From: Amoebidium appalachense
Taxonomy: Eukaryota; Protista; Ichthyosporea
Reading direction: 5' to 3'
Assembly: GCA_963693365.1 (NCBI GenBank)
Contig: CAVNZM010000001.1
Span: forward strand, 604,774-668,773
Length of the DNA: 64,000 nt
Position numbers and translations under genes: made by a program. Numbering within the stretch: the first letter of the stretch is position 1; the number at the start of each line of letters is the position of its first letter. The notes under the pieces were generated by a model. It did not search any database and was not told where the DNA came from. It worked only from the letters and a program-made list of their open reading frames with translations. Positions 62,410 through 64,000 of this stretch are shown one piece after another.

Positions 62410-64000
62410 GACCTTCCTATCGATACGGTAAACCCATCCATCAGGCGGGGTTTTCAGACGTCTTTACGACAACTAATGGTTGTCGAGGACACTCATATGG
62501 ATATTGTAAACCCATCCATTCGACAGTTGTTTCCGATGTCTTAAGACAGTCTTCCGAGGGGGTGCAGCAAGACCATCTTATGATGTCGTAATCCGGAGGT
62601 GTGCACGACATCCAGTGTACATCCAATGTATGGGGTTAGGAGTACCACCATAATATCATCTTACGATGTCGTAATGTGCAGGTGTTTACGACATACACAG
62701 TGTATCGTGGACCTTCATATGGATACTGTAAACCAATCCATGCGGGGGGTTTCAGGCGTCTATTGACAGTCTCACGTTGGGTGTCGCAAGAGCATGTTAC
62801 GATGTCGTATACTGGGGGGGTTTACGACCACTAATGGTTGTCGAGGACACTCATATGGATATTGTAAACCCATCCATTCGACAGTTGATTCCGATGTCTT
62901 AAGACAGTCTTCCGAGGGGGTGCAGCAAGACCATCTTATGATGTCGTAATCCGGAGGTGTGCACGACATACAGTGTACATCCAATGTATGGGGTTAGGAG
63001 TACCACCATAATATCATCTTACGATGTCGTAATGTGCAGGTGTTTACGACATACACAGTGTATCGTGGACCTTCAAATGGATACTGTAAACCAATCCATC
63101 CGGCGGGGTTTCAGACGTCTATTGACAGTCTCACGTGGGGTGTCGTAAGAGCATGTTACGATGTCGTACTCAGGTGGGGTTTACGACAACTAATGGTTGT
63201 CGAGGACATTCATATGGATATTGTAAACCCATCCATTCGACAGTTATTTCCGACGTCGTAAGACAGTCTTTCGAGGGGGTGCAGCAAGACCATCTTATGA
63301 TGTCGTAATCCGGAGGTGTGCACGACATCCAGTGTACATCCAATGTATGGGGTTAGGAGTACCACCATAATATCATCTTACGATGTCGTAATGTGCAGGT
63401 CTTTACGACATACACAGTGTATCGTGGGCCTTCATATGGATACTGTAAACCAATCCATCCGGCGGGGTTTCAGACGTCTATTGACAGTCTCACGTGGGGT
63501 GTCGTAAGAGCATGTTACGATGTCGTACACAGGTGGGGTTTACGACAACTAATGGTTGTCGAGGATATTCATATGGATATTGTAAACCCATCCATTCGAC
63601 AGTTATTTCCGACGTCGTAAGACAGTCTTCCGAGGGGGTGCAGCAAGACCATCTTATGATGTCGTAATCCGGAGGAGTGCACGACATCCAGTGTACATCC
63701 AATGTATGGGGTTAGGAGTACCACCATAATATCATCTTACGATGTCGTAATGTGCAGGTGTTTACGACATACACAGCCTGTCGTGGACCTTCAAATGGAT
63801 ACTGTAAACCAATCCATCCGGCGGGGTTTCAGACGTCTAGTGACAGTCTCACGTGGGGTGTCGTAAGAGCATGTTACGATGTCTGACTCAGGTGGGGTTT
63901 ACGACAACTAATGGTTGTCGAGGACATTCATATGGATATTTTAAACCCATCCATACGACAGTTATTTCCGACGTCGTAGGACTGTCTTCCGAGGGGTGCA
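62410..64000. repeat. ~359-bp tandem satellite x >4 (subterminal array)
   Basis: ATCCGGAGG at 62591, 62949, 63308, 63667. Confidence 0.95.

Overview
Repeat-saturated eukaryotic nuclear DNA with spliceosomal introns and long CA/GA/poly-G tracts. There are two host genes, arranged divergently: a 7-exon SLC35A-type nucleotide-sugar transporter (minus, 5384-11389) and an 8-exon plant-type serine/histidine decarboxylase (plus, 14178-18422) that has lost its PLP lysine by an out-of-frame deletion and also carries a premature stop. The rest is mostly nested mobile DNA: several Ty1/copia LTR families with half-tRNA-iMet-type primer sites, a hAT MITE with an 8-bp TSD, a tRNA-headed SINE inside a LINE inside an LTR, and a large Plavaka/CACTA-like element with three ~180/360-bp satellite arrays whose left arm is segmentally duplicated. 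The standout feature is a 9.1-kb AT-rich mitochondrial insertion (24937-34026). It looks like two end-joined LINEAR mitochondrial mini-chromosomes. The first is truncated and carries the 5' half of rnl. The second appears complete (~7.2 kb), has mirror-image termini (CCCCCTCCTCYCTTCTTCT tips plus ~500 bp of subterminal modules) and contains only scrambled cox3, cox1, rnl and group II intron RT fragments. This architecture resembles the fragmented linear mtDNA known from the ichthyosporean Amoebidium; the host identity is an inference. All coordinates were read by eye and no database search was run.
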